A stretch of 64,000 bases of DNA. Source: Botryllus schlosseri (Eukaryota). Below are positions 39,901 to 49,707 of this stretch, piece after piece. A program made the position numbers and the translations under genes. The notes beneath the pieces are model-generated. The model did no database searches. It was not told where the DNA came from and saw nothing but the letters and a program-made list of their open reading frames with translations. How positions within the stretch are numbered: the first letter of the stretch is position 1; each line of letters starts with the position of its first letter. Location of the stretch: contig CM119372.1 in NCBI GenBank assembly GCA_051294905.1, positions 32,552,001 to 32,616,000 on the forward strand, written 5' to 3'.

Positions 39901-42900
39901 GGCCGTGACCCATTTTCCGGTTTGAAAATGTGCTATGGCCCACCTCTTACCTTAGAGTCATAATCCTGGTAAATGCGTGGTAATCGACAGCGCTGATATG
40001 CCTAATTCTCTAAAATACGCGCATTTTTCTCTTACTGATGATATTTAAATCTAGACCTCCGGGGACATGAAATCGCGCGAAGCGCGACAAAAAATATTAA
40101 GTTGTGTAAATATCCTCTAACAAACGACCAACGAAATAATTTTGGGCCCTTCGAGCTCCCCCAATTGCGGGTTTGGGTGCGGCAGTTACGGCCCTCGTAG
40201 ATCATAGGCTAAAACTCTTGAGTATATTATGATCGTACGCTGCACCATTCGCGTCACGAAACATAATGATCAGATCCCCGCATCCGCTGTGTAATTGGTA
40301 CTTTAGTTCCACTATTGTGTGGAATATTATAATCATTCTGGGCCAGCTACGAACAATTCTTTGGTGAATGGGGTACTACAGAGAAGTCTTGCACCAAAAC
40401 AACTGAAGATGCGATCTCAGAATATTCAATCCAATGATAGAATCAATTCATGTGACTCTTACATCATGTACAATGATTTCCGAGCCGGACATTATAAACC
40501 GACTCCAAAGATTAATGAGCCCCGTGAAATCCTCAATTCATTATGATTCGTTGCGCTGGTGCAGTATACCTCCACCAGAAGTTGATAATAATTTGCAATT
40601 ATGGCTATTTTTATCTTACAATAATACGACCTGCCGAAGTACAGTAAATTTATACATCAATTACACTTCATTGCGAGTTCATGCATACCCCTTTCAACGG
40701 CACACGACATATGACCCTGCCGGAATACTTGGCATTACCTTCCAGTTATTATATACTCAAAATTATTTCAGTTGCTGTTAGCCATAGGTTGTCAGAGCAA
40801 GTGGGAAAAGCCGCCGTATCTCCCCAACGTTTTCGACTTGTACATACTGACTCCATACGTGCCACTACGTCTCATCAGAGTCTGATGAAAAGCTTTATGT
40901 ACAGCCTACGTATAATTAGATAATACGAATATATTTTTAGCGATTACCAATTCTAAAACTTTCTAAATAGCTTTGTGGCCCACCTCAAATGCTGCTGTGG
41001 CCCACCAGTGGGCCATGGCCCACCCTTTGAGAGCCCATGGCCTAGTTGTTATGGCCATTCAACTCTTAAATGGTACTCAAACATATCCGAAGAGCTTCTT
41101 GGAGGTACAGAACTTCAATATACAATTGAGCAGTATATTGGGTTTATTTCAATATGAATATACTTGTTCCGACGCGGCACTGAAATCAATGAGTGGCGCT
41201 TTATCAGGTGTCGGGATCCTGTCTGCTGCACACTAAATCTGGCAATCTTGGTACTAAGCAAGCGTTGCGTATCTCAAATCTCTTCTGTTTCAAATACAAG
41301 CAGTCCAAAACATACAATACGGAATAGCTTGTTCAGAATATAGATACGTTAAATGGCGAGATTCGCAAGATTGCTTGCTCGTCCGATAGCAGTCGAAATA
41401 GAGAGAGAAATAACAGCAACAGAGCAATATAAAGGTAAACGAGAACGGACGGCGCAACAATTAAATTAACCAATCATCAACCAAAACAGAACAATTAAGA
41501 CTTGTCGAAGAAAATAACGGAATGCAGTTGAATTAAACTGACTCACTAAAACATCCAAACTGATTAACTAAAAACATGACTCGTCAAAACACTCCCCCAC
41601 TTGACCGACTATGATCGGTCAACAGATTCTTCCATCAGCAAATCTCTCCAGCCTGTCGTTCAACGAAATCCATGGATCAGGTTTCAACGAAACGTCCATT
41701 GACGCGGCTGTTTTAACTTCACCTTTGTGGTGGATTCGTCCCAACGCAGTAGGCAATAATGTGTCTGTATCGAAATCCCGAAACGCGGGAGTGGAAACGT
41801 CAACAGTTGATACCATACACTTAGCGTCAATCAATGGTCCCGCAGAAACGTGTAACAATTTGTGGTGGGGTTTCCCACAGCCAGTAACGGAACAACGCTC
41901 CTTACATTGATGAAAATGCTTCGGGTGGTCTTTGTGTCCTTTCGGGGATAAGCATCTAAAACACACTTTACCAGGCTTCATAACCAAGACAGCCAATCGC
42001 TGGGCGGGATTTAATTTCAGAAATTTAAAACAATCTTTCAATAAATGAGGTTTTGAGCAGTAGGTGCATGATAGCCGGACGGATTGAATCACGAGAGACT
42101 GGGCAGAAAATGCATTGTCAGGTTTATCGGTACCAACACTAACCAGCTCATCTTTATGTGGGGGCTTTTCACGTACGTCAACAGGGCAACGCCCATTCTG
42201 CGACTTACGCAACGATTCCATCGTCGCCAACTCGGTTCTTAGAAACTCAAACAGGAGATCAGAATCAGGAATCTTATCGGCTTCGATCAAGGGGCTAGTT
42301 TTTCTGATCCAACGCTCATGCAACGTACCAGGCAACTGGGACTCTAGTACCTGTGTAAAGAGTTGGTCCCAAGAGACGTCATACTGCGATAAAATGGCCC
42401 TTTTAGCATTAGCGGCATCGAGAAGTTGTCTGACTTTGTCGATCTTAAATTCTACTTTCTCACCCTGTAGTAAGCCTTCGATGTGATTTCTCACGATCGC
42501 TTGCTTCTTTCCGTACCTTTTAAGAACGGCATCTACTGCAGGCTCATAATTCACTGCCGCCGAGGGGAAACCATTGAGAAGGCCGGATGACGAACCTTTA
42601 AGAGCTGCCTTTAAATACGAGATTTTGTGAAACGGACTGACCTTTGGATTTTTGTGAACCAATGGCTCGAACGACTCCCAAAATGCCGGAAAAGTCAAAA
42701 TATCGCCATTGAATGTAGGCGGCACTATTCCACTCGGGAGGGATCCAGCAGCTTTTTCCGCTTCTTCGGCAGCTTTCAGCGATGAAGACTTGGATTTGGC
42801 TAGAGTAATGTGTACAAAATAAATTTCTTTTGATCTTCTCATGCCATCAATGATTTCGGTCTTGAAATCACCATCGTCAAGCTGGTCGACTTTTGAATCC

Positions 42901-45900
42901 ACGAATGCCTTGAGATCGGTCATTGATATTTCTACCGACCGTATGAAGACCTCAATTTCTTCGACGAAGGTGGAATGTGCATGTTTCTTCTCCAGAGCTT
43001 GCAAAGACTCTAAGAGGTCAGCATTCATGCGCCTGAACTTCTTTATAACAACCTCGTGTAGACATGAATGTTCACTTCTTGCCGATGAATGGTTATCGGA
43101 CTGCTGGCGAATTTCTTCTAATTTATCGGACTGCTGGCGAATTTTTTCTAATTGCAGTCTGAATCGTCTTTCGGATTCTTCACGGTCTTGGGCGTGTTTC
43201 TGCTTGATCTCCTCGAGCTGCAGCTGAAACTTACGGTCAGAAGCTTCCCGATCTAATTGCTGCTGCTGCCGATGGAGATCTAGCTGATGCTTCATCATCT
43301 GAAAAAGCATAACCAGTTCAGATGATGTACTCTCGGTGGTGCTCAATGGAGAGGGCTTCGGTTCTTTCTTTTGTGAAGGTTTGTCGGAATCTCGGATTTT
43401 CCCTAATCGGTCCGTCAATACAGCTTCGCTCCCACTTGTAGCTTCGCCAAGTTCTTGTAATTCGGGTCGTAAATCGTCGACCGTCATCTTAGCTAATGGC
43501 TTCCAAGTCGGTGCCAAGGTTGGAGACTTGGGGGATTCCGATGGAGACTTCACAAACGACATCGTTCAATTGAATATAAAAACTATGTAAATGTAGCAGA
43601 TTTAGTGCCAAGCAGAGTCGATCGAACTTCGTAGCGCAGCAGAGTCTTGAATGTAGACTAATACCATGCGGCGCCTGAATTGAAGAACGTATCGACAATA
43701 TCGGCTTTAATGGGCGTTCTTGCGAATTGTTCCGACGCGGCACTGAAATCAATGAGTGGCGCTTTATCAGGTGTCGGGATCCTGTCTGCTGCACACTAAA
43801 TCTGGCAATCTTGGTACTAAGCAAGCGTTGCGTATCTCAAATCTCTTCTGTTTCAAATACAAGCAGTCCAAAACATACAATACGGAATAGCTTGTTCAGA
43901 ATATAGATACGTTAAATGGCGAGATTCGCAAGATTGCTTGCTCGTCCGATAGCAGTCGAAATAGAGAGAGAAATAACAGCAACAGAGCAATATAAAGGTA
44001 AACGAGAACGGACGGCGCAACAATTAAATTAACCAATCATCAACCAAAACAGAACAATTAAGACTTGTCGAAGAAAATAACGGAATGCAGTTGAATTAAA
44101 CTGACTCACTAAAACATCCAAACTGATTAACTAAAAACATGACTCGTCAAAACAATACTATTCAATTCAAACATATCCCACAACAACTTCCTACTTCAAA
44201 AAACGCAAATGTTCAAAAAGTAAGTAGTGTCATATCTAAAGCAAAGTATCGCAAAGTAGTATATAAACCACCACCATCTGAGTAAAGTGAAAGTAGGCAA
44301 AACCTACTCGAGTACTCCGTCAAAGTGGACGTACCTCGTTATTGACGACCGCTGCACACTGAAAATGAACCAAGCGTGCTTTTTTCTCATTTATAAAGTC
44401 ACTTGTTGATACATTAGCTTCTTAGTTTTATCATATCGTAAGGTAAGCATCTAATCTCGGCACATTTTATTAACAGACAAAATATCAACATCCAGTCAGA
44501 TGAAGTTTTGAGGTTTAAAGTACCTGTTCTATTCACACCTTCGACTGCGTTACGTGAACGTTCTCCCATCGTTCCGTAGTCCGTATTTTGCTGCAATTCG
44601 GACGTATCTTGTACGGCATCCAGATGTCTGAGTCAGTAATGAGTGGAATTCACATGAAGTATTGATTTTATGGGAAGGACATAGTCACTATGATGACCAT
44701 GCACTAACGAATCGCGAGTTACATGCGATGGGCCATACATTTCATTCCTAAGCAATCGGTTCGTCCGCTCTACACGAAGTCTTTAGTGGGCAAGAGCAAA
44801 ATAAAGTGAAGACTGGTGAAGGTAGATATATTAGGTAGGGATGGTGCATGCGAACCCCTGAAAGGCTCAGGTTCGTGTGGACGCGAACCTTTCTGAAAGG
44901 TTCTGTGTGAATTGCTAATTCCAACCCCGCATATGTCACTGAAGTGATATATTAATGTACGTAGACTGGGGCTGTTCAAAAATAACTACTTTTCCCGGAT
45001 TCCAACCATTCACTGATTAAATTGTCAGGTTACCTTAAAAAACGCTGCACACCAAATTTGGTTCAATTCTAACAAGTATAGGACTCCGCAGATCCAATTA
45101 AAAATTTCAATTTATTATAGAAAATTATTAAAATAAATTCAAATTGTTGAGCTGTCTTCAAAGACGATGCAAAACAAATTTGACTCGATTCCAACCAGTA
45201 GAAGCGGAGTTATTTCAGTTTTTCGTTGATAATCCTCGGATGCCACTATACTGAAATATATGCTGACTTTTTAAACATCACAAAATGTATTAACTGGAGC
45301 AATCAAATGCTATAATAATCCCATAAAATCAATATTTTCCGTCGCTTTGCCAACAATTTCGACGATGAATGGCAAGGGAATGTAAGCTTGCGCCTTAACA
45401 TTCGAGGCCAGACCGGACAATTTATTCGGAGTACGACTATCGAGCAGTTGGATCCCGAAAGTCTGCTTTATTTTTTACAGTAGACAACGACCAATTTTTT
45501 TATATCAATTTCAATGATTGGTGGAATAAGCCTCATTCGCTGACTACTTACATGTACTGCGTATTTCGTTCTTGATGTTATGTGATTGCGGTGATTGCGA
45601 GTCAAGCTCACAGCAGAATCATTAAATATTCACAACCGGAAAGCTGAAAATTTCGAGCAAACCTTTGTAACATAGTTAGTAAAATTTTTGGGATTGGTTA
45701 GTAGGGCCGGGCAAAATCGAGTACCTGAGTGATTCGATTCTGAATCACGTAATATGCTTCTAGTCGAGTCGAGTAATCGAGTATCACTCATTATGACGTC
45801 ATAACAAAATCTGATATGTCAATATGTACCTTTTATGCGACCACAAAGAATGTAATGTCTGTTATCCGTCACATTAAAGATACTTTGGTATTTTTTCGAC

Positions 45901-48900
45901 CCTACCGATTTCATTGCACTTGGTGACAATGTTGTAGGATGATCATGATTTCGGAAATGTGCTGTTCCCAGTAACGTTCGTAGCTTTGTACTATATGTTT
46001 CGTACGCTACGATACGGCCAGTCGGCCAAACTAGGTTTCAAGGGTTCAACAGTGAAAATTATACCATCAAAACTATAATTCTCGATGATAAAATAACTTT
46101 CAGTGGCGATGAGCGTATAATTTCAGTACTCGAAAAAAATCGTCTTTCACTACTCGACTCGTATCATTAAAATTAACACTCGATTCAGATTCGAGTACTC
46201 GAATCATTGTGCCCATCCCTATTGGTTAGGTGTATGCTCGTTTAGTGATAATTTGTTATGCTGCCAGCGCCTCGCAGAGAGTGGCCTGAAGTTGAAATGC
46301 AAAGAATTTAGACCATAGATGTGATGGAGACGCGATAAATTGTAATACATGAAAAAGGTTTACAGTGCAGAACCTACCAAGGTTAGTTTGTGAACGTGAA
46401 CCTCTCAATTTCTGAGTTTCACATACAGAATGCGAACGGGAACCTCACGTTCACACCATCCCTAAAATTAGGTTCAAAATAAAATTATCAATATAGCTTC
46501 TCGACTTTTGTAATGACAAGGAAACATGCCATTATGTCACATGTATATCCTGTAAATGATCGCAATCCATAGCCAAATAATCCAAAATCTAATACCGCCT
46601 TCACATGCATGATATCATGATGATGACGACTTAATTGTGACAACCATTATTTGAATATTCATGGGGCTTTTCATCATCGATCCCATTTTAAATGCAGCGT
46701 CATGAAAAGCATTAGACATGTAGTGAGCCCAGTAACGAAGTACTCTACTTTGAATTTGGTAAAGTATAAAGTAGGTTTGGGATGTGCTTGCATCACTTGT
46801 TTGAATGAAATCGTCATGACAACCGGGCGAACCGCCCATCCACCACGGTTACTGGATATAGTTTTGAAAATTACACCCATTTGTAGTTTCGTTGATCATT
46901 TTCTAGTAGCGAAGATGTACCCTACAATTTCGAAAGTACTCGCCTCCGATTAAATGCTTAAAGTATGAGAGCAAATACTAGATTAGCGACAGTAACTACG
47001 TTGAACACCTCCGCGTATGTGATTCGGAAGACGATAAAGTGAACAATAGGGCTTCAGGATGATCAATTCATTGAATCGATTTCCCGCGCACAAATCATGG
47101 ATTAGCGGTACTACTTTGTTCTTTCATGTGCATTATTGAAAACAATTTTATTTAATATGCGATTCAAGAAGTTAATACTAACTGGCGTATTCCGATAGCT
47201 TCTGAAAACCCATCGGGCGATTTGGATAGGATAACTCGGGCATACTGAAGCACCTCCGTCATCTGGTGAATCACGACCACCTGCAATTCATAATGTCTCT
47301 TTTTAAAGCAGTAATCATTTCTATTTGCGTAGCAGTAACGCCGTACTACTCGTATACATGCAAAAGTAGAAATTCTCAATATGTGTAAAAACTGGAATTA
47401 ATACAAGTGGAAAAGGTTCTGGGAATTACTTGACTAAGTAATTTCAAAATGTACATTTGTTCGAAATGTCGCACAGTTCTATCGTAAGCAGTGGGCGGGG
47501 ATACTTTCAAAAGTACAGGATGCATCGTAGCGACTGAAATAAAATTACTAATGACTCAAAGATGATGTGTAGTTTCCAGAGGTGGTCAAAGTAGTCAAGA
47601 AATCTACTCAAGTAGAAGTAGAAGTAGCGACGAAAAAATCTACTCAAGTACGAGTAGAAGTACTTCTTCCATGAGTAACCTAAAACTACTTGAAGTAGAA
47701 GTAGAATTGACCGACTTTAAAAGTACTCAAGTAAGTAAGTAGTTGTGGAAACGATCCTAATTCGTTCACATGGATTGTAAAGAGGTGCAAATTGAGCTAT
47801 GCGATAGGTGACGAGCTTGATTCATATTGATGCATACCAGCAGGTATCCAATTTTCGATAGCATAAGCATTTGTCCACATCATGGGAGGAAAATGATAGT
47901 ATTGATATGGAAATGCGATGCTAATCCTCTGTCTTCTCGAACAGCACGTTTTTGAAAATAGCATGGTATGGCGCCATTCCCCATGGCCCGTAGTTTAGTC
48001 GAAGAGCAATACGGGAAGTTGTATAGGATACGTTGTAAACACTTTGCGCGATTAGTAAACGTTAATAAAAAATATGGTGGACCGTAAAAATGCCATATTG
48101 TGTAGCTTTATTTCCAGAAATTAAAGGCATTACTACACGTGCTTTTATACTTCAACTTTATGTTATCCAGACAAAAGAACTGATATTAATTATAACTCAA
48201 AGTATATGATACTGGGAATTGAAAGTGAATTATAAAAAATACTTCTAAAAGCAGAACATGTATTTCATGTTTTTTGACTGTATGTTATTACATTCGTGTG
48301 TGACTGTGTGCGCACTGCGCAGCGTGCGGGAGTAGAGCTTACACGTAAGTTCGTCGTAGCGAGAAGACTTGCATTATCGGCATTTACCATGTACCCAACC
48401 CTAATGAATTGATATATTGGTAAATTTGGGGTACCTGGCTAATCGAACGCCTGAAAATCTTAATTATGGATTGCACCGTGTGTTAATTGATCAGAGAGAA
48501 GCAGTCATGGCGACGGCTGCATGACAACGCTGTTCTCAAATCAACATTGTTTTCGTCATTATCGGCGAGAAATGGCTTTGAAATGACATAGCTGTCGTTA
48601 AAATACATCCATTAAAAACAATTCATTCCTTGCATATGTGGACAAATGGGCGAATAATGTATCGATTCAGCAATCCGGCCCGCCAAGTACTTAATTTTCC
48701 TATATCCGGCCCGCCGACTGGAGAAGTTGCCCGCCCCTGACCTAAACTATATTCTCCGATACTTTCGTGAAATCATACTGGTCACCCCGCATCCACTGAG
48801 TGCGAAGCGCGACGAAAATTCTGGGCTTTACTAAACTTTGATGAAAATTAAATGTTGATACTGCGGGAAAACAGCCCCGAAATTCCTCAGGCTATCTTCC

Positions 48901-49707
48901 TGATTGCAAGATTGAACTACTTCTACTTGACAAACTGTCAATAGCGAAAAGTAAGTAAGTAGATCACAAAATATTACGAAGTAGAAGTAGAAGTAGCGAA
49001 AATCAGATCTACTTGAGTAAGTACCAGAAGTAGAGGAAAACTACTTGGGTAATTCGAAAAAGTAAAAGTACTTCGTTACTGACCACCTCTGGTAGTTTCC
49101 GAAAAACTAATCCGTTACAATGATACAGGCCGTTTTCACCCGAACTATATTACAATCAACCATACGAATGATGCAAGCCAATTCAAAAACGACTGCCAAA
49201 TTACAAAATTCCAATTACAGAAATATTTTGTTGAGCCGATAGCAGACGATAGAGACAAAAGTAAGACCTTGCTATCATTAGCAACTTATTTAACGTCCAC
49301 TCGCAAATAAAGTTGTATCCAATTGCAAGTGGACGTCAGATAAGGTGGGAAAGCCACAAAGGTCGTATGTTTATCAATTATAAAAAGTTGGTAGTTTTGT
49401 TTAAACAAGCGTCAAGTAGAATTAGAAGTAGTTTTAAAACCGTTTAAGTAAGTAGTGCATGCAAGCAATAATACCTACTTGAGTACTTTAAAAATTTCGA
49501 AGTAGCCTACTTCTTCACGGACCACATCGGACTAAAAGTAACAGACCCAATGGACCTTGAATTAGCATAAATGCAATAGGGTTTCACCAACCTGTATGCC
49601 GTAATTAAGTGAAAATGTGACGAGAAAAGGGTAAAAGCCAGACTTATCGAGCGTGTCCGGTAACCCGAGAATTCCCCCGCCGAGTAACATGGACAAGCTG
49701 ACGAGAT
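27770..49707 (-). CDS. Multi-exon amino-acid permease (APC superfamily, AAAP/HAAAP tryptophan-tyrosine-permease-like), ~500 aa; first exon not found
   Basis: 13 GT-AG exons with mutually consistent phases: 49592-49707, 47183-47280, 44539-44627 (least certain), 38830-38941, 38700-38765, 35742-35865, 35568-35681, 34235-34344, 33432-33560, 31983-32025, 29628-29742, 28393-28547, 27770-27991 (1493 nt, no internal stop). TM1 motif LLGGGILGLP, YSLAGSQAYA and many hydrophobic helices. Confidence 0.8.
28393..28547 (-). CDS. Permease exon
   Basis: tttag|..CGWVDDVISRH...AVFNPK|gtaggt. Confidence 0.85.
29628..29742 (-). CDS. Permease exon
   Basis: tctag|ILLKNHDSLKWIALAIQLFIAISTTVSFIIAATSMHHA|gtatgt. 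Confidence 0.85.
30484..30995 (+). mobile_element. CAGGGTTGT/GAGTC-rich MITE, copy 2 (intronic)
   Basis: Colinear with 2437-2970 and 39248-39785. Confidence 0.75.
31983..32025 (-). CDS. Permease exon (43 nt)
   Basis: ttttag|.AKERGQIATAPLTK|gtaaag; phases fit both neighbours. Confidence 0.8.
32081..33412. mobile_element. Buster/Charlie-type non-autonomous hAT with a nested GAGTC-rich MITE (32768-33140)
   Basis: TIRs CAGGGGTCACCAAC / GTTGGCGACCCCTG with GCGGCCCGCG subterminal motifs. Flanks AGATAGAC / (GCCCTG)AAATAGAC. Confidence 0.8.
33432..33560 (-). CDS. Permease exon
   Basis: ttgtag|.CWSVLKIVPQTTDTCNSVDSMTIDMWTTPSGFNTCDPTLTIA..|gtaagg. Confidence 0.8.
34235..34344 (-). CDS. Permease exon
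   Basis: ttttag|LMPVLFENFQADKKHMAVFRNSIIAALTTCFVLDIL(W)|gtatta. Confidence 0.8.
35057..35471. mobile_element. hAT-type MITE with ATCCG/TCCGA repeats
   Basis: Imperfect TIRs TAGTGCTGGG / CCCAGCTTTA; 7/8 TSD TCAGGAAG / TCGGGAAG. Confidence 0.6.
35568..35681 (-). CDS. Permease exon
   Basis: tcctag|IVVTVYVGGSNSRTIVDDWTYIDQPFLLGVVTLVGVNT|gtgaga. Confidence 0.8.
35742..35865 (-). CDS. Permease exon
   Basis: ttttag|.AGSVTPYFTWILAFLVVFGYRIVKTTVALLTLVKGTLIFVT|gtctgt, followed by a 60-bp intron. Confidence 0.75.
36152..36305. mobile_element. GGAGCC-repeat MITE end
   Basis: CAGGGCTTTGGA followed by GGAGCTGGAGCC arrays. Confidence 0.7.
36447..37901. mobile_element. Buster/Charlie-type non-autonomous hAT (TGGCCCA family), copy 1
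   Basis: TIRs CAGGGAATCTCAACC / GGTTGAAAACCCCTG; perfect TSD CATTAGTA; colinear with 39879-41039. Confidence 0.85.
37524..37823. mobile_element. 300-bp hAT MITE nested in 36447-37901
   Basis: TIRs CAGTGGTTCTCAAC / GTTGAGAACCACTG; perfect TSD TCCTAGCA. Confidence 0.9.
38700..38765 (-). CDS. Permease exon
   Basis: taccag|.ISILTSYSLAGSQAYANILQI..|gtaggt. Confidence 0.8.
38830..38941 (-). CDS. Permease exon
   Basis: caccag|..SKYQNSELSGPNVYSIGKLFLNRYMQAAFLFSILFV..|gtaagt, followed by a 64-bp intron. Confidence 0.8.
39248..39785 (+). mobile_element. CAGGGTTGT/GAGTC-rich MITE, copy 4
   Basis: Colinear with 2437-2970; contains a ~36-bp tandem duplication near 39390-39460. Confidence 0.75.
39879..41039. 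mobile_element. Buster/Charlie-type non-autonomous hAT (TGGCCCA family), copy 2
   Basis: Imperfect TIRs CAGGGGTTCTCA / TGAGAGCCCATG; perfect TSD GCCTAGTT. Confidence 0.85.
41165..41591 (-). repeat. 3' LTR
   Basis: No differences from 43728-44154 seen by eye. Confidence 0.95.
41592..41601 (-). other. Polypurine tract
   Basis: AGTGGGGGAG on the minus strand, immediately before the 3' LTR TG. Confidence 0.85.
41619..43562 (-). CDS. gag: BEL/Pao Gag protein (SAP-like N-terminus, coiled coil, DUF1759-like core, zinc knuckles), 647 aa
   Basis: LAKMTVDDLRPELQELGEATSGSEAVLTDRL (SAP-like); PPTFNGDILTFPAFWESFEPLVH...KISYLKAALKG; CTYCSKPHLLKDC, CFRCLSPKGH..., CSVTGCGKPHHKLLH. Ends shortly after TLLPTA with no protease DSG motif. 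Confidence 0.9.
   Translation of the reverse strand: MSFVKSPSESPKSPTLAPTWKPLAKMTVDDLRPELQELGEATSGSEAVLTDRLGKIRDSDKPSQKKEPKPSPLSTTESTSSELVMLFQMMKHQLDLHRQQQQLDREASDRKFQLQLEEIKQKHAQDREESERRFRLQLEKIRQQSDKLEEIRQQSDNHSSARSEHSCLHEVVIKKFRRMNADLLESLQALEKKHAHSTFVEEIEVFIRSVEISMTDLKAFVDSKVDQLDDGDFKTEIIDGMRRSKEIYFVHITLAKSKSSSLKAAEEAEKAAGSLPSGIVPPTFNGDILTFPAFWESFEPLVHKNPKVSPFHKISYLKAALKGSSSGLLNGFPSAAVNYEPAVDAVLKRYGKKQAIVRNHIEGLLQGEKVEFKIDKVRQLLDAANAKRAILSQYDVSWDQLFTQVLESQLPGTLHERWIRKTSPLIEADKIPDSDLLFEFLRTELATMESLRKSQNGRCPVDVREKPPHKDELVSVGTDKPDNAFSAQSLVIQSVRLSCTYCSKPHLLKDCFKFLKLNPAQRLAVLVMKPGKVCFRCLSPKGHKDHPKHFHQCKERCSVTGCGKPHHKLLHVSAGPLIDAKCMVSTVDVSTPAFRDFDTDTLLPTALGRIHHKGEVKTAASMDVSLKPDPWISLNDRLERFADGRIC
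43728..44154 (-). repeat. 5' LTR
   Basis: Direct repeat of 41165-41591. Confidence 0.95.
44539..44627 (-). CDS. Probable permease exon (hydrophilic loop)
   Basis: actcag|.HLDAVQDTSELQQNTDYGTMGERSRNAVE.|gtgtga. Phases 2/1 bridge exons 47183-47280 and 38830-38941. Alternative donor at 44524. Confidence 0.55.
44837..46464. mobile_element. GTGAAC/GTTCAC family MITE, copy 4 (inverted), hosting a nested MITE
   Basis: TAGGGATGGTG / CACCATCCCTA termini; 7/8 TSD ATATTAGG / AAATTAGG. Confidence 0.85.
45702..46221. mobile_element. TCGAGTA family MITE nested in 44837-46464
   Basis: Termini TAGGGCCGGGCA / TGCCCATCCCTA; perfect TSD TTGGTTAG. Confidence 0.9.
47183..47280 (-). CDS. Permease exon
   Basis: ttgcag|VVVIHQMTEVLQYARVILSKSPDGFSEAIGIR..|gttagt. 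Confidence 0.7.
47577..49091. mobile_element. AGTAGAAGTA family MITE, copy 2
   Basis: TIRs CAGAGGTGGTCA / TGACCACCTCTG; perfect TSD GTAGTTTC. Middle (~48280-48740) replaced by foreign sequence. Confidence 0.9.
49592..49707 (-). CDS. Permease exon encoding TM1-TM2
   Basis: tttcag|..LVSLSMLLGGGILGLPDTLDKSGFYPFLVTFSLNYGIQ|gttggt. GxGILxLP is the TM1 signature of AAAP/HAAAP permeases. Confidence 0.85.

Larger units (their letters stand above)
41165..44154 (-). mobile_element. BEL/Pao LTR retrotransposon, non-autonomous (gag only, pol deleted)
   Basis: Two 427-bp TG...CA LTRs, 5-bp TSD ATACT (41160-41164, 44155-44159), polypurine tract next to the 3' LTR, BEL/Pao-type gag ORF. Confidence 0.95.

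Noticed and set aside
41619..43562. Domesticated host gag gene
   Set aside because: Flanked by identical LTRs, a PPT and a perfect TSD, so it is a recent mobile insertion.
42115..43590. Plus-strand ORFs of 84-128 aa (and minus-strand ORFs within 13071-15905)
   Set aside because: Antisense shadows of gag and the LINE ORFs.
46674..46880. ORF containing GLTTCLML, resembling a permease exon
   Set aside because: The DNA matches an old repeat (AAAGTAGAGTACTTCGTTACTG; GATGCAAGC..) also seen near 49070, 49150 and 51510. The real exon is at 34235-34344.
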